A stretch of DNA of 64,000 nucleotides from assembly GCA_030704615.1 (NCBI GenBank), contig CM060731.1, positions 38,564,001-38,628,000 of the forward strand. The letters are read 5' to 3'. The DNA is from Takakia lepidozioides. Lineage: Eukaryota; Plantae; Bryophyta. Within the stretch, counting starts at the first letter, position 1. Each line of letters begins with the position of its first letter. Shown here one piece after another: positions 1 through 13,396 of the stretch. The position numbers and the translations under genes are program-made. Below the pieces are notes generated by a model. It had not been told where the DNA came from, ran no database searches, and saw only the letters and a list, made by a program, of their open reading frames with translations.

Positions 1-1309
<1,309 letters not shown>

Positions 1310-4055
1310 TGTCGCTGCTTATTTGATCCCCCGAGTTTTAGAAATTATCCACGAAGACCACTAGAGAGCCCCACAGAGAAGACTTGGACACGCAGACTTA
1401 CTGATCACTACTTGTTTTCTCTCATAAATTAATATCTAGGATATCTTGACTGTCGATCGCGAGAAAGATAGTCTCTGAAGATGAACAGGGCGATTAGCTG
1501 CTTGCAGCTCCCGAGCATATGGGTTATGCAGCAAGTGACAGGGGCTTCAAGTAGACGTGCTAAGGACGTCTAAAAGAAGGAGAGAGCTAGAAATCCACAG
1601 ACTGTAAGAAGAAGAAGAGAGCTCAAGATGGGAAACGTGTGTATATGGCGGCGTTGGTTTTTGTAGTAAGTACTCACTTCTCGTGATCCTCACGGGGGGC
1701 TACGATCTCATTGGCCAAAGCATAACTAACACTGGAACGTGTCATTGGTCAAAGCAATTCATCTTCTGGTAATCCATGATTTGCCCCAATAGTCTGCAGG
1801 TGGTTAAGTCGGTTTAGAAGTCTAAAACCTCTCACAAAATCTTCACTAACTAACTCATGGACCAACCGGCGACCAGTGGGGGTTTCAATCTACAATCAGA
1901 AACCGATTTGAGTAACATTCAGACTTCAAAAACACGGGGGAAATCTGCCAACAGCAAGTGTATAGAGAAACGAATCTCTGTACTGGTCAGTTTTGGGCAC
2001 ACCCATTCATATATCGCTTGCTTGCGTTGTGTGATGCATGCCCAACCCTCAGCTGCCAGATTGCTGCCGCAATACAAACGTGTGGGTGCTGCATTCGATG
2101 TATGCTTCCGATGGTTTTGGTCGGTTTTTTTTATTAGTGTAATGTCAACCAGTTGAACATTAGCAAGAACTATTTTAGCAGTTCCCAGAGAAGTCAGCTA
2201 CAACCATTTGAATTTCAGAACGTGCAATGCATGTCACTTGCAGAGCGCTAATTGCGTTCTCGAAATCCTCAACTTTATAATGACCTTGTCCGTATTAATG
2301 AGCAGACTCTAACCAGGGTTTCCCCATGTACATTTTGTTTCTCACTCTCTCTCTATATCTACTTCCAGTCCATGTTCAATGCACTTATGTTGTTGTCTGT
2401 ACTATCTGCTATTAGGTGGAATGCACGCCTCTGCAGATGCTTCTGCCAGTCCAAGTAGTGCCTTCTTCGAGAAGCAGATCTACAGGTTATTTGGTGACAG
2501 GAAGAATGACTTTCCAACCCCTTACACACTCACAGATGAGGTCACCAGCAGCACAAAGACCCCACAAGGTCTTTGGAGAAGTCAGTTGAAGAGTTCGGAA
2601 AGACAGGCAGACAACATGCAAGAACTGGGCTCAAATCCTCGCTTGAGCTGGTTTCAAGTACTCCATTCTGTGATATCATCAATAATAACACCATAGATTG
2701 ACATCTTCCCTCTTTTGTGTTGAAGTATGATGGCTATTTGTCAATGACATTTAGGTACTCCTTGTGCTTCTTATCTCTCAAATTTCTCGGATTCCTTTGT
2801 TAAGGGATAGTAGTGGTAACAGGAATTGGAGTGTCTTTCTGCGCACCCCCAATCCACATCTCTACATTCTGACCCAGGGTGAATTTATCCTCAAGTGAAA
2901 TCAAACATCCACATGTAGTCATGGTCAATCTGGTGCACTATTGTAATGCAGGGGTAACAAGCTGAGAATGGGCAAAGGTTGAAGATCTGTGACCACTCTG
3001 GCAGTGTTGAGTTTAGACCTGTGTGGTTGACTTGCAGGCCACCCAGCTGCCTGCAAGTAAAGCACTAGATAAACAGATCAGATACTGTGGATAGTTGCCC
3101 TAATCTGGATGAGAAGGCCTGTGAGAAGTCCGTAATAGTCCATAATAGCCAGGGTGCTTTGAGCATTAGTGAAGTAGGGGCAGCTCTTCCAATCACATAT
3201 ATGCCGCTGATAGTCATACAACCAAGGGGGTCCTTGCTACATAGGTCACCTTCCACTGAGTACATTAGATCTCCCCAGGTAAGTGCAAAGTCTGCTATCA
3301 GCCACATCGCTTGTGAACTCGAAAGGCCTGGTGAAGGTCTCCACTCACATCCTGTATGTGATGTTGACCATGCAGAATAGGGGCTTCTGATATATTTGAG
3401 GGTAATCTTGTATCATTTCTGCTTGCTCAGACTCTGTAGAACTAGTGCAGCTACCAGTACAGATGCTTACTTGCTCCCTGGACTTATTATCAGCTCTTGC
3501 AAAGGATTTTGTGGGCTGCTCTAGGCTTTCAACATGGCGAGTAGCTTTGTGAGTTTGAGGCAGTAGCCAAAGATTCCAGCCGGACTTCAAGTTACATCAA
3601 TCCTCGTTATCATAAGCCCTGGAGACTAAGCTTCAGCATTGGTTAATTATTGGTTTCTGAACTGTGTGTCAGCTCCCCATGACTTTGTTTTTGACTCACA
3701 AACTTCATCATGGCCAGCTGAACTTCTTTCGATGGACTGACCAGAGGTACCCAGGGCCAGGTTATGGCAATCCCGTGTCAACTGATATCTGTCCACAAAC
3801 TAATAAGAGGAATAGCCCTTAAGAGTACCATGGCATGTCCTTGCCACTTCAAATGTGAAGATTGTTCTGCATCCATGCAAGCAATCTGGAAAAATTGTAC
3901 TCTGATTGTTCCCAGCAGGGGAAGCAATTCTATTGAAATCCTATGTGTCATAGACTTACAGTTGAAGTACCTCATCTTGGCAGGCCATACCGTCTAAGGG
4001 GCTAAAGAAGAATCCAAATTAATACCTTTCTCTGTCAAAATTCCACTATCAACGT

Positions 4056-5381
4056 TTAGTTCACTGGAGCACCGAAGTCAGGTTCATACTGGAACTCCCA
4101 GCGCGGATTGAATCCCTCCCATTGCACATAAGGGCATTTGGGAAGCCACCACCAGGATCGTGTTGAAACGGCATAAGCAAGTGTCTTTATGGTACTAAAG
4201 TTGAAGCAGACAAAGTCTTTCTCTTCGGAGCATTCCACAGTGTCGGATTCAGACATTGTTGGGAGAGTTTCTAAGAGTTCCCCTTGTAAGCAGGCGACCT
4301 GAATCCACCGATTCTGTCGGAGCTCCCAGATGACCACACGGGCAACAGGGATGGAAAGCATTCCAGGTGTCAAGCTCTGGTCAGTACCTGCCTCCTGCAC
4401 AACACCCATGAGCAGAAGACGTCCCTGGCACTGAGACAGCTTTGAAAACGTGGCTGCTTTGACATCAATTTGATCTCCCTGGCGGAAATGTGTCCGTCCT
4501 TCGCTCACATCATAAGTCAGAATTGAGCCCTTGTCTTTATGATCGCACATGTAGATACTGTCATTGATACAGACGATGTTGGATTTGAAGAAATGGCTCC
4601 AGGGGACCTTGTTCGTGGTCGAAACCACCCAGGCTTTTGTGACAGAGTTGTACACCTGAACAACAAATTCATCAAAATCCCTGCCCTCAGACACTGCGAT
4701 CACCTTGTAGGACTTTGCCTGTTTGTCCACGGTCATAGCCATGATCGGTACATATGCTATGCCTTGAACCATGCGCGGCAATCGAAAGCATGTGCCGATC
4801 AGCGGATTGCAAATGGAGAATCTTCCTTTAGAACCTCGTAAACACAGCAATCCGCCCGCGCTTGCCACGACAGCCGCTTGAGGGATGAACTTGAAAGGAG
4901 GTGGGAACCCAGAAATCAACTCGCTCCATTGACAGCTGGAGAAATCAAACACAGCACACTTTTGGATGTCACCAGTCGCTCCTCTAACAAGATGCAACTG
5001 ACCCGGGGAGGGCGAGTCTCGGAAGCTCGTCTCAAAAGCCTGGAACCATTGCTTGTTCAGGTATCGATTCCGGAAAAGAATGTACGGGGGCAAGCTGGAC
5101 AGAATGAAATCCTGCAAACAGAAGGGCAGATCGTCCCACAGCTTCACGTCAACACAGTTACCGTCACTTGCAGCCACCACCTCCCTCCCCTTCTTTCCCA
5201 GCCGCTCGAACGGCCTTGTCAGGTGGTGAAACGCATGCTCCAACGCCTCTTTCACAGTATCTTGCGCATCATGCCGAGTTACCACAGACCTAGCAGATGT
5301 ATGCCGAATCTCTATGGCTCTGGATTTCCGCATAGGAGTAGAGAGCTTCTTCTCCCACCGCTCCTCCACACCAGGAGCCAT
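4056..5381 (-). CDS. F-box protein with C-terminal beta-propeller (F-box/kelch-like or FBA-type), single exon, 441 aa
   Basis: F-box motif WDDLPFCLQDFILSSLPPYILFRNRYLNKQW, followed by plant F-box-associated motifs VVASAGGLLCL, ICNPLIG..FRLP, SYKVIAV, VYNSVTKAW and W..LPKCP...FQYEPDF. Confidence 0.88.
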   Translation of the reverse strand: MAPGVEERWEKKLSTPMRKSRAIEIRHTSARSVVTRHDAQDTVKEALEHAFHHLTRPFERLGKKGREVVAASDGNCVDVKLWDDLPFCLQDFILSSLPPYILFRNRYLNKQWFQAFETSFRDSPSPGQLHLVRGATGDIQKCAVFDFSSCQWSELISGFPPPFKFIPQAAVVASAGGLLCLRGSKGRFSICNPLIGTCFRLPRMVQGIAYVPIMAMTVDKQAKSYKVIAVSEGRDFDEFVVQVYNSVTKAWVVSTTNKVPWSHFFKSNIVCINDSIYMCDHKDKGSILTYDVSEGRTHFRQGDQIDVKAATFSKLSQCQGRLLLMGVVQEAGTDQSLTPGMLSIPVARVVIWELRQNRWIQVACLQGELLETLPTMSESDTVECSEEKDFVCFNFSTIKTLAYAVSTRSWWWLPKCPYVQWEGFNPRWEFQYEPDFGAPVN

Positions 5382-5857
5382 GTAAATACACGGATTCGAT
5401 TCAAGCGGTAGGTTTTCAGCTCACGTCCACAAATTTCTCAAGCATCCCTCATCGTTCTTCACTTTCAAAATCGACCCAGAAATGCTGACACCGGAACAGC
5501 TCAAGAGACGATGACCAAGGAAACCCACCTCCGATTCCACTACCCCTCAAAGCTTTCACAGGTCAGTCAAGCCTAGAGGTTGTGTATTGCCAAGGGGAGG
5601 TGTGTGTAGACTATAAACACAGGCACGAAGGTCGGGGTTATGTACCTGCTCGAACAGACTTGAGTCTCCAGCAATGGTTAACATTCCCCAAAACTCAGCG
5701 AAGATTCCTCAAGAAGGCTCACGTAATTGTGAGTTCTCAGCAGCGATGACCTCTGCTGTCAACAACGAGCACTGTGACTGCTGCAGCCCCACAGATGGGC
5801 GGTCAGCCCGCTCTCGCCCCACGTCACACCCCCCACACCACGGGGTGCTGCCTCCCA

Positions 5858-5945
5858 CCCGTACCCGGCCGGGCCCAGGGCCCGGCCCGGGTCGACCCGA
5901 CCGGACCCGGCCCTCCGTGCTCCCGTACCCGAGCTCGGGTGCCCT
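5858..5945. repeat. GC-rich cluster of short palindromes
   Basis: CCGGGCCC-A-GGGCCCGG, CGGGTCGACCCG and ACCCGAGCTCGGGT lie within about 90 bp, next to AT-rich DNA. Confidence 0.6.
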
Positions 5946-8522
5946 GCTTTGTACTTCTACTTTCCGGGCGGTGCTCTACTGTAATTACTAATTACTAGTT
6001 ACCCGCTACGCAATATAATATAATATAAATTATATTATATGATGTATTTAATATCTTAGGTCTACAAATAGTACATACTTTGTTTTCCCTTTTTTTGTTT
6101 TTTTAGTACATACTTTTCGTTGACGGTCAGTGACGGACTGATACACACTGGGAGAATGTACATTGTTTTGTTTTTCTCAATTTTTTATTTGGGCGATGTA
6201 ATTATACATTATGAGCTGGAGATGATGTTATATTATATTATATTTTAAGAAGTGTGGGAAACAGGGCCGGAAGACGTTATTCAGAATTATTAGGCAGAAT
6301 TGAATTTCTCTTATTTAATAGACAGTTTTTTTTCTTTTTTTTGAACAGGGGACTTGGCCCTGGTTGGACAGTTATGTTATGTCTATATTAAAATGTCTTA
6401 TGATTGATGGGAGTCCGAAAATTGTTTGCAGATAAATAAGAAAGTGGTCTTCCCACTGTAAGCCTTCACGGCCTTCATGGGGGTTATTTTTCCATCTTTT
6501 AATTCCAACAAAAAAGAAAATAAAAAGAAAAAAGTTGTTGATGACTTGAAATGTTGAGGTATGGTAAGTTTTAGTTCACTGCAACTATATTTTCCATGGA
6601 ACATAATTATTTTTTTGGGTGCACAATAAAGTGTCTGTGGGAAAGAATTAATCCCAACTAGAAGCCTTTTACTACGCATTAATCAGCACAGAAGTAATTT
6701 GCTTTAGCACAAAAAGTCTGATTAACTTTAAAAAAAAAATTAGAAACAGGGGACAGTGGCCCCCGGCCCTGCAAAATAATTTTATTGGAATTATTTGGGG
6801 GAAAAACTTTTTTAAGTAAGTAGGAAAATTAGAATAATATAATATTATATCAAAATTGTATATTTTGTCCGTCCTCTGACCCAAAGAGAGAAATTCTAAA
6901 TCTTTTGAAAATTCAGAACCATATGGTATATATCATTTATCACTTTAGTGACTCTGGTTTTTGTGAATTTTAATGGTAATCAGACGCTACAATATCAAAA
7001 ACAACCTGGTTATGTCTCCAAAATTGTGATCTGGATGAATGAGAACAAAGCTAAATGCCTCATAGTGTTTGATGTATTTATACAAATATTGAGATAAATA
7101 TCAAGTTGGCAAGGCAAAAACCCTTTTGTATCTTTCTCAGCGTGTATTTTATGGTTTCAAACATTACAACATTAGATTGCGTTACTGTCTGAGAATGTTG
7201 AATCAACAAATCATAGCAGTGGGAGGAAAACACTAATGTCCTCAGAATTGCATATATAAACATTAAAATTAAAAGAATTGTGGTAGTTTTTTTTGTTTTT
7301 TTTTCCGTTAGTTTCATGCTAATAGAGACTCATTCATTAAAATGGCATACATGTTTTTGCTCCTTAATCAATCATGTTTGGAGTTCGCATCTATCAACAT
7401 GTCTCCCAACCCCCAATGCCTTGTTGTTCAAGCTCCAACTTTGAAACATTCTTGGGGTTCATAAACTCTTCAAAAGAAGTAATGAAAGTGGAGATTATGC
7501 AAAGGAGGAAAATCAAACTTGTGATTGATATGAGATCCACATTTGTCAATTCAAGATCCTTTTTATATAAATAACTATATAGAGATGTGATAATAGATAA
7601 ACCCTCATTGAAATGATCATGCCCTCATTGAAATTTGGTGCCCATGGAAAGAAAATACATTAAAAATAATTATTTTGTTACTAATCTAGAAGCAGTTAGG
7701 GACAAGAAATATCTCTATTAACAAATGTGTTTTTTCTTTCTTGGCGATCAATTTGATAGCGCATCAAGTAAGACATCTGACAAGTTATCACCCATGAGTT
7801 TTCGGGTGCGTCATAATAATCATGATAATAATAATAATAATCTTCTTGATAAAAATAATCCCTTTATTAAAAATAATAATAATCCCATATTATTTGTCTG
7901 CCCTTGTAATGCCTCCATGGCTCAGAAAGGGGGTTCATTTTTGCCCTCAAGGCCCAGTTGCTGGGGCTGGTGTTTCCTTGGAAACCAATAATAACAATGA
8001 AATTGATAACCGATTTCCTACATTATTTTTCAGATATTCTAAAAATCAATTCATTCATTTTTCATACTTACTGGTTCTGGTCTCAAAAATCAAGGACACG
8101 GGTAGATTTTCACAATGATTAAGTTAAATCCTCCCCCTGTTTTCCAAAAAATAAAAATAAAAAAAATAATTTAGCACACAAAATACAATGTGATGACAGT
8201 GCCTCATACTGAGCACAATAGTAGGGTCACACTATTTTAAGGAGAGAATAGGTGTGATATGTGTGAGAGAGTTTATATAGACTCTCTGATGGTAATTGTT
8301 ATAAATGATATGCAGTTCATGGAAGTGTGGCAGCTTTCCAACGGCCTGTTGTGCTCAATGCTCATTTCTGAATGAAGAGATGATTTCAGGAAACTCTTAG
8401 ACAATCATGTTGGATTGAATGTACCCTGCATCTACAGTTCTTAGTGATATGAAAGATGAGCACCCAAGAAGGAAGACATCAATTGTGATTGGGGCAAACA
8501 TACGCTTCGAAGGGAAGGTGGA

Positions 8523-9836
8523 ATGCAGTTACATATGTTGAGTAAGCTGTTGATTTTCATAACACTGACTAGTTTAACACGAATGCGGAGTTGGGCAAAT
8601 GGTGACCCCCAAAACATGCTACAAAATGGGGACTTTGCTGTGGAAACATTCATATTTGACATATCTCCCACCATGGATGTTATTGGGTCTGGCATAAGGA
8701 CTTTGGTGCCCTTATGGGTTGTTGTGGAGGGCGGGGTACAGATTTTGGACAGCCAAGTATTTATGAGGCCCTCTGATTTCAATGGGTCTTTCCTACTTCA
8801 CATGAACTATCAGGAAGGACCAGGGGCGTTGATGAGCATGCCCATGTATACTCCCCGGGAAGGAGCAATTTATACAATATCTTTTAGCATGGCTGACAAC
8901 CCCGATGGAGGTCCCGTTAAGAAAGCTGTTCGTCTCTCTCTCTTCGATATTTTTGGAAAGAGAGTTGGACCCCAGATTCCACCTTTCATCGTGAGCAACA
9001 GCAGCAACACACGCACTGACATCCTATGGCAATCAGCCTTTTGTAGCTTCAAGGGCACTGGAACGGCCACTTACTTGCAGTTGGCCTCTTTAGTACCTGG
9101 ATCATTTGGTGCTCTGATAGCAAATATTAAGGTGAACCTAATGAACTTACTTGAGAATGGGAGTTTTGAGCAACTAGATCCAAGAATACAAATGGACAAC
9201 ATAACTTACTATACAACACTTGTTGGTCCTTCTACCCTAATAACTAACTGGAACCTAGAAAGTGGCACCATCAAAATCGCCACAGCTGCAAGGTATCAAG
9301 CTTCCACTGATAACACAGCCAACATGCTTGATCTGACTGAAACTAATTCTCCAGCCACTATGAGCACAAGCTTCGCCCTCAATCCAGTTGTCTCTTCTGA
9401 ATATGTTCTTTTGTTTGACACAGCAGCAAACCCTGAGATTAACAGTAAACCAACAATGGGTCAGCTTCTGGTGACATTGAACGGTGAACCCAGCAAACAG
9501 TTATATGGTTCACAAGCGGTGGACTTGGATAGCACATCATTTTCCATTAGCAGTGTTGGGTGGCAGACAATGAGTTTAACATTCAAAACAAGTAAAGATG
9601 ACATAGGCGTCAAAGTAACATTTGAGAGCAAAATATATGGAAGCTTTGGACCGTTATTAGACAACGTGCAGGTCTATCAATATCACAGGGAGCTAAAAAG
9701 TATGAATGAGAGCGTTGCACTCACTGCTCCTTCGAACTCACCCTCTAACTACACCACTTTCTCAATACCACAATTTTTTTTTCTGCATGTGATCATTTAC
9801 TGTTACTTTGTTTACCAAGGTCAACCATGGAACTAA
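8523..9836 (+). CDS. DUF642-family cell-wall protein (two galactose-binding-like repeats), signal peptide and putative GPI-anchor tail, single exon, 437 aa
   Basis: Hydrophobic N-terminus (LLIFITLTSL). Two repeats begin NMLQNGDF and NLLENGSFE and end FGALIANIKV and FGPLLDNVQV. A Ser-rich spacer precedes a hydrophobic C-terminus (FFFLHVIIYCYFVY). Confidence 0.85.
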   Translation: MQLHMLSKLLIFITLTSLTRMRSWANGDPQNMLQNGDFAVETFIFDISPTMDVIGSGIRTLVPLWVVVEGGVQILDSQVFMRPSDFNGSFLLHMNYQEGPGALMSMPMYTPREGAIYTISFSMADNPDGGPVKKAVRLSLFDIFGKRVGPQIPPFIVSNSSNTRTDILWQSAFCSFKGTGTATYLQLASLVPGSFGALIANIKVNLMNLLENGSFEQLDPRIQMDNITYYTTLVGPSTLITNWNLESGTIKIATAARYQASTDNTANMLDLTETNSPATMSTSFALNPVVSSEYVLLFDTAANPEINSKPTMGQLLVTLNGEPSKQLYGSQAVDLDSTSFSISSVGWQTMSLTFKTSKDDIGVKVTFESKIYGSFGPLLDNVQVYQYHRELKSMNESVALTAPSNSPSNYTTFSIPQFFFLHVIIYCYFVYQGQPWN

Positions 9837-10602
9837 ATCTAATTCTCATAAATTGTTTAGAATTGTCAACTTGCAAAATAATGTGAATGCAAGGTTTTTG
9901 TATTTTGTAGTTTAGTGTTTCAATGAATTATGGTGTATACGTGTATACTTGTACCATCTTTTTATGATGTTATTTTTTCTTTGAATACGATTAAGTTATA
10001 GGGCTTAACGCTTAACTCACTAGTTCCAACTCGCCATTATCCTTTAAAGATGATGATTTCTTTGAAAGGAAAGCTCTCAAGGGCCTTTTAAATAATTTTT
10101 ATTAAAAACAAAATCTTTAGTTCTTTCTTAACCCTTTAAGTGTCAAATTGCTCGGTCAGGTTTCTTGAACCATCCAGTTCTTATTGGGATTTTGGTTCAA
10201 TATGTAGAGCAGTTTCATTCTGGCCCTGATTCTAGAGTGGTCCAGTAATTACTGTGGCCCATGAATTAGAGTGGGGCGCCTATGTAGGGAGGCCACGTGT
10301 ATTAAGGAATGAGATGAAGGGGTCCAAAAAAGGAAGGGAGGAATTGGACAAATTTAGAATAGGGAGTCTTGTAGGGTTGACATGTGTCTAGGGCCTTCTA
10401 GAAGGTCCCACCGCCTGGGAGGCTATATAAGGGAGGCCCCCCCCTCTTACTACCTACTATCTTACTACCTACTAAATTAATAAATAGTGGCCTCTGCAAA
10501 GGCAGGGCCCCCAAGAAAAACAACAAACATGAATCAATTAATTAGAAACGTGACTATGTATGTGTTATGTAGTAGGAAGAAAGTTCTTACACTCAATAAA
10601 GT

Positions 10603-10936
10603 ATGCCCAGTTGGTCCCCAGTTTGGACCTCTAACTTGTGTTTCATCCCCAGTTTGAGTGCAAACGTAAAGTCAGCAAAAATGGGCACGAGTTTGTCAAA
10701 CTGGGCATGTGTTCTACTCCTGGACATGCTCTCGCAACTTGCTGCTTGCAGGTTGCGTCACGGGGCGTGTGCATCTCAGGCAAAACCCAAACTAGGTATG
10801 AAACTAGTTTGACCCCCAGTTTTGGTGAGAAATTTAGTTTCATCCCGTGTTTTTTTCCTTTGTATGAGTTTGGTCCCCAGTTTGTTAACTCGTCCCCACT
10901 TTTGGCCAAACTCGGGGTACTCATCCCCAATTTTTG
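10603..10936. repeat. Array of short CCCCAGTTTG-like motifs in both orientations, probably DNA-transposon subterminal repeats
   Basis: Repeated gtccccagtttg, atccccagtttg, acccccagtttt and reverse aaactggg motifs. No matching TIR pair was found. Confidence 0.45.
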
Positions 10937-11548
10937 GGCTTTACGGATAACTTTAATGGCATTGGCCGATCTTCAAAAAGAAATATTATACATGGTTCTT
11001 TGGCATGTTTCTGCTGAGTCATCTTGCCCCATCGTCAAATTGGGGGGATTGCTAAGGCTGCTGAGTCATCTTGCTGAGGATTGGGCGGTAGGTAGGCTCA
11101 GTCGGAAGCACGTAGAGGGCCGTGGACGTTCGGCACCCTAGGACAATGTGAAGGTTTGGGGCAGGCTAGGCATAAATGTGTAGAGTGGGTAGAGGACATT
11201 GGCTGGTGAAAGGAGGGGTTGGCACCAAACCTACGCAACGGTTCTCAAAGGGTTATGTCCCAATGGCGGTGTCCACAAGCCCAAGTCATCCCCTAAATGA
11301 TCCACGCGGGTGGTGAAAAGGTCTCAAAATCCGCTAGGTACAAGGGCTAGAGTATGAAATATCATAGGGCTCCCAAGCTAGATAATAGGTTGGCCTGGGA
11401 AGTATGGGGCAGGGCCCTAAAATAGCCTAAAATATTGCCCGATTGGATTGAATTTTTTTTCTGCAACAACCTTTGCATGCAAGGATGACATGGACCACAG
11501 TGAGATTGGAGGGTACATTTGTCCTACGTAAAAACCTCATTGGAAAAT

Positions 11549-11820
11549 CCTAGTGTATTTTGTGGGGCTTTAAAAAGAATAATTCTCGTTTATCCTGTTA
11601 AGCCGTTGAGCCTATGGGCTTGGGCCCGTAATCTCAGATTACGCATAAAAAGACCAGTAAAGCTGGACCTTGTAACCTTGTAATTCTGGATATTCTGGAT
11701 ATGCAATCAGTTCTTACGTGAGGTAAAGTCCTGTAATTCGGCCTTTACGCAATTCAAGATTCCCATGCCCTCTGGGCTATGGAATCGCGTAAAGCGAGTT
11801 ACAGGACTTTACCTCATACT
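11549..11820. repeat. Dispersed repeat, copy 1, containing a ~98-nt fold-back (11719-11816)
   Basis: Reverse complement aligns by eye to 17990-18246. Perfect 18-bp outer arms TGAGGTAAAGTCCTGTAA / TTACAGGACTTTACCTCA, with inner arms also pairing. Confidence 0.8.
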
Positions 11821-11974
11821 CATATGTAATTTCCGCAGCCCAAATGTTGGCCTGCCGGCTGCAAATTGGGTCTTTTTTACCCCCCAATTTGTGAGTACCG
11901 TCAAAGCAGCCCACGGAAACAGGTCAGAAAAAAGGGGAAATTTTAGGGAAGGTGTGTTATCATGTGAGATACAT

Positions 11975-12071
11975 AGACAACCAAGTTGTAGCCCAGTGGT
12001 AATGGGCACACGCCACCTTGGAAGTGGTTGTGGATTCAATCCGATTGGCGTCAGAAAGAAGTCCACCTTCC
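11975..12071 (+). mobile_element. tRNA-like SINE head, copy 1
   Basis: A box TAGCCCAGTGG, B-box-like GGATTCAATCC and anticodon-like arm GCCAC-CTTGGAA-GTGGT. Similar to the copies at 12342 and 13262. Confidence 0.6.
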
Positions 12072-12341
12072 TAACGGAAGGCAGTAACCCGTGGGGATGA
12101 CTCCATAATTTACGCTTCCTTCGGGATGCGTCAAATATTGAATATTGAGATACACAATTCCTAAGACTCTCCTATCATACGACCAAGACATTGCCCAAAA
12201 TTGACATATTTCTTGGTTTTAATGGTCTTTTTTTCTGTTTTTTTGTTATTTTTAAGAGAAGAGGCTCAAAAGTATGACGCCTCCCCAAGGGAGCGTAACT
12301 TAAGTGTCTCTTCACCACAAGGGCTTTATTGCCTCCCAGCT

Positions 12342-12425
12342 GAAAGGTGGATACTTTCATGACACACCAGACCGTGGTTTGAACCCACAACCACATCCAA
12401 TGTGGTATGTGCCCATACCATTGGC
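12342..12425 (-). mobile_element. tRNA-like SINE, copy 2 (5'-truncated, inverted)
   Basis: Reverse complement is nearly identical to 13280-13363, including the GGGTTCAAACC B box. Confidence 0.65.
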
Positions 12426-13261
12426 CTCAAAACTTTTTAGGTAAGGACGTAAATGTCCGAGACTTACAAGAGGAAAAAAACCTCTAGGGAAGTGCCATGG
12501 AGGCTGATTTAATGCTCTTCAATTTTAGGAAGGATTCTTTCTGGGCCACATCTGAATATTATAATCTTCTATTATGGCAGTTGGATATGGCTAAATTTTC
12601 TTGAGGTAAATAGATTGGGTAGGTGGGCAGTAAATTCAACGGTCACTTTTACAGGGACTCAGAAATCTGGGAGATAAAAAAGATTTAGTGGCCAAAGTCC
12701 TTTTTCACACCACACTTAAGGGTTAAGAGAACTGAATGTAATGGATCTCAATGTGATAGAATTGAAGGGAACTGAGTTTAATGCAACTCAATGTTGCAAC
12801 AACACGGAAGGGATAAACTGAAGGGAACTGAATATATTGGAGCTGCAGGTGATGGGAACGGAATATGGGCACTCACCTTAGGAATGAATGGATAACACTA
12901 GATGGATGAAATTCTATATATAAGACGGAGCCCTCTACCGGAAACGGTTATTTACTTATTATTTACTAGCCAAGGTATTGTCTCCTGTAGGTATTGGTGG
13001 TATAAACTAGGGAAGGTACATTGGACAATAAGAATCAAATCGTGACAATATTGAATGTGGTTTTTTTTGCGAGGCGTCATACTTTTTACTTTGTATAAAT
13101 GGCTGGCCCTTTTTGTTTAGGGAATCATCGATGTAATCACACGCATTGTAGTTGTCTTTTCTTACAATCTTTTGCTTCCTTTGAAAGCCCATCTGTTCTT
13201 CCGCATCCCTAGCCTTTCCTCATCGCCCCTTCCAAAGGAGATGTGATGGTAACACGCAATC

Positions 13262-13396
13262 AGACAACCAGCATGTAGCCCAGTGGTAATGGGCACATAC
13301 CACGTTGGATGTGGTTGTGGGTTCAAACCACCGTCTGGTGTGTCATGAAGGTGTCCACCTTCCTGTTATAAGAGGTAAAAAATAAAAAATAAAAAA
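13262..13396 (+). mobile_element. tRNA-like SINE, copy 3, with A-rich tail
   Basis: A box TAGCCCAGTGG, arm ACCAC-GTTGGAT-GTGGT, B box GGTTCAAACC, acceptor-like ACCAG...CTGGT, followed by AAAAAATAAAAAATAAAAAA. Confidence 0.7.

Noticed and set aside
2400-4000. Possible gene between tubulin and the F-box gene
   Set aside because: Only short ORFs with no recognisable motifs; may be UTR or decayed sequence.
10253-10530. Possible solo LTR (TGT start, TATATAA, AATAAA)
   Set aside because: No convincing terminal inverted repeat or TSD could be fixed.
13267-13339. Functional tRNA-Pro(UGG) gene
   Set aside because: Acceptor and T stems are imperfect, the copies are diverged, and they share a non-tRNA 3' body and an A-rich tail. 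A SINE fits better.
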